Below are positions 21,821 to 23,941 of a stretch of DNA of 23,941 nt, piece after piece. Numbering within the stretch: position 1 is the stretch's first letter; every line of letters begins with the position of its first letter. Both the position numbers and the translations under genes were made by a program. The stretch comes from Rhizaria sp. SCN 62-66 (lineage: Eukaryota). The stretch is taken from contig MEDY01000086.1 in the NCBI GenBank assembly GCA_001724265.1, positions 62,001 to 85,941 of the forward strand. Direction: 5' to 3'. Under the pieces are notes generated by a model, which saw nothing but the letters and a program-made list of their open reading frames with translations, was not told the origin of the DNA and ran no database searches.

Positions 21821-22183
21821 AATATGGATCGAACTTAGGCCGCCGCCGCGGTCGTGGCCACCCGCAACGCCGTTGCCGCGGCCACCGGCCAGGCGGGCAA
21901 GCCCGGCGAGACCGTGCTCCTCGCTGCCCCCGGCACCTTCTCTGTCGGCAGCAACAGCAACAGCAACAGCAGCAGCAGCAGCCATGGCGCCAGTGGCGGC
22001 ATCAATGCGAGCGCGGGGGCCGGCGTCAGCGGCTACAGCGTCGGCTGCGGCGCCGTGGCCGCCGTGCTGACGGGCGAGAGTTGCGGTCTCAACTCCGCTG
22101 GCGCGGGGAATGCTATGGGCGACTGCGATGATGCGAGTGAGAAGGAGGTTGCGGGCACGATTAAGAAGGCGCGCGTCGCGTAA
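21133..22183 (+). CDS. Hypothetical protein, 280 aa, with a central amphipathic helix and a C-terminal KKAR basic patch
   Basis: Exons 21133-21630 and 21839-22183; phase-0 intron GTGCGT...TTAG. GC-rich exons, AT-rich intron. Stop TAA. Confidence 0.8.
21779..21814 (+). repeat. (CT)18 microsatellite in the intron polypyrimidine tract
   Basis: Read directly from the sequence. Confidence 0.95.
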
Positions 22184-22491
22184 CTAAGGTGTACTTCGAC
22201 GGTCTAAGGGGGTACTTAGAGCAATAATGCGACTAAGTAATCCCGTGTCTCTGCCAAAGCACATGAAGATAGATTGGATTCTGCTTTGTTGCTGCAACTG
22301 TAAGTTTTGACGTTTTGTTCAGCAGCGATTTGTGTTGCTTTCTGTGTATTGATACTGTCAAAGAAAATAAGGATAAGACGATAGTCGCATGGTTGTAATA
22401 TGTCTGTATTGTATTATCGTGTTTTGACAACAACAAAAATCACTATTGATCGTACATTCGTATTGTGACAATGCTGCTTAGAGATGTGTCG

Positions 22492-22526
22492 CTGTTGTTG
22501 TTGTTGTTGCTGTTGTTATTGTTGTT
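22492..22526 (+). repeat. Imperfect (GTT)n microsatellite between convergent genes
   Basis: ctgttgttgttgttgttgctgctgttattgttgtt-type run. Confidence 0.8.
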
Positions 22527-22676
22527 AAAGATCGGAAAAAATACTATGTATACAAAGAAATTACCTAGAAACCAAACTATAAGTACTTCTTTTAAGATAT
22601 GGTGTTATGTAAGCGATGGATAAAGATTAAACAACATGAAACACAGCACAAACTGTCAGCCTCGTATGTTGTGGTC

Positions 22677-23443
22677 TTAGTTGCGGCGGGTTCCAGTGGA
22701 AAAAGCAAGAAACTGGCGTACTTCTGGCGCCGCTGGCGTGAACTGTGACACGCAATAGGCACGAAAAGAGCGCAAATTCATTGAGGCAAGAAAGTAAGCG
22801 TCGGGGCAAGAGCACAGTGAAGAAGGAATAATGTTAGCAAGTATGACTAAAAAACGCAACGATTTGCTGGATCACGTCATTATGAACAGCTACAAAGACA
22901 AATGCATAAGAATTGTGTAAAAGCCGCATCAAATGAAGAATTGAAAGGCACAGCCCCACTTAAAGAGCGCATATGTCGTCAAATGTGTGATGTGGAACGT
23001 ACGACGTGGAAGTTGCCGACCGCCTCGAACACCCGAGGCTGCCCCTCGGCGTTGAGGCACAGCAGCTTGCCGGCCTCCGGCATGCTGGCGCCCTCAACGC
23101 GTTCGCCGTTGTCCGCAACAAGGCGCTGGAGCTCCTGGCCTGGGAGGTCGCCGAGCGAGTAGCTGCGCATCAGCGCCGTCTGCGGCTTCCTGTTGCCCTT
23201 GCGGTAGATGCCGGCAGCGTGCAAAGGCTCGTACAAGCCGCAGAACGCGAGGGCGTCGCAGGAAGACGTCAGGGACTGCGGGGGCGGCGGCGGCACGGGT
23301 AGGGAGGAGATCGGCACGATGTTTGCGTCGCCTGGCGCGGGACCAGCGGCGGCGCCGGCGGAGGGGATAGCGGCAGCCGGGGGAGCGGCTGGCAGCGAGA
23401 GCATGGGGCCCAGATTGAGCGTGAATACGCCCGGCGCCGACAT
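22677..23443 (-). CDS. Hypothetical protein, 168 aa; possible divergent Mediator subunit 19
   Basis: Exons 23443-23003 and 22742-22677; phase-0 intron GTACGT...ACAG. Stop TAA. LTSSCDALAFCGL and RSYSLGDLPG recall the two conserved MED19/Rox3 blocks. The gene model is well supported; the product call is weak. Confidence 0.6.
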
Positions 23444-23817
23444 CTTTTAATTCTTACAAGAAACAAAAGCGTTATTTTGTTGTGATATTCAAGCCACCAC
23501 TCTGTTAACGGATGTTCAGACCAGTTTCAGACTCGACAAAGTTGAATGACCACAACTCTGGAAAACTCGCCACAGAGACCCGTTAAAAGTGTGAGAGGAG
23601 CTACTCACTTTTGAGAGCGTATACGTTGATGAAACAACACCTGAGATCAATAAAAAGAGTAGATACGATAGAAAGAGATGTTGTTAATCCTTTGGAAGTC
23701 TGTGTATTCGCTATCTTGTGAAATCATTACCGAATTAGCCGGCAATAAGAAATTAGAATCAATCCTCCCTCTAGTAGCTTGCTTGATTTCTTGGCTGACG
23801 CTTAAGCTGTGATGAAC

Positions 23818-23941
23818 TTAGACGCCGAAGAGCTTCTGAGCGGGGCCCATGGTGGACTTGATGTACACGCGCTTGACCTGCTGCCAGTTCTTGGGGAGGA
23901 GGGAGACGAAGTAGTTGATGGCGAGGACGACGTTGGCAATG
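23818..23941 (-). CDS. RPL10A: 60S ribosomal protein L10a (uL1), C-terminal fragment
   Basis: Reverse strand reads [43 protein letters not shown]; the NWQ...YIKSTMG signature is uL1. Absent from the supplied ORF track. Confidence 0.95.
   Translation of the reverse strand, partial: IANVVLAINYFVSLLPKNWQQVKRVYIKSTMGPAQKLFGV

Noticed and set aside
1-23941. Ciliate-type code (TAA and TAG both Gln) or TGA reassignment
   Set aside because: TAA sits at the homologous C-termini of RPL10A, RPLP2 and the OMT, TGA ends IFT27, and neither occurs inside a reconstructed coding frame.
1-23941. Prokaryotic systems, CRISPR arrays, tRNA/rRNA genes, intact transposons
   Set aside because: Sequence is clearly spliceosomal-intron eukaryotic. 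Repeats are microsatellites or codon runs. No cloverleaf, transposase or terminal repeats were seen by eye.

Overview
Gene-dense nuclear DNA of a flagellate protist. Exons are GC-rich and full of low-complexity tracts. Introns are short (112-260 nt), GT-AG and generally AT/pyrimidine-rich. The lineage cannot be fixed from this window. Ten genes can be reconstructed by hand: the 3' part of a VPS13-family gene, a CCoAOMT/COMTD1-type O-methyltransferase, a kinesin (KIF12/kinesin-16-like), IFT27/RABL4, a 95-aa coiled-coil protein, ribosomal stalk protein P2, a ~1760-aa low-complexity protein, a 280-aa unknown, a possible MED19, and the 3' end of RPL10A/uL1. The main signal is that two genes each carry a single in-frame TAG with coding-like sequence continuing past it to a TGA, while no gene here otherwise ends in TAG. 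This suggests UAG sense reassignment or read-through, with UAA/UGA kept as stops. Other signals: acceptor-like sites without a consensus donor just 5' of most start codons (possible spliced-leader trans-splicing), C at +4 in all 11 splice donors, and a P2 whose conserved acidic tail is replaced by a Ser/Gly/Lys tail.
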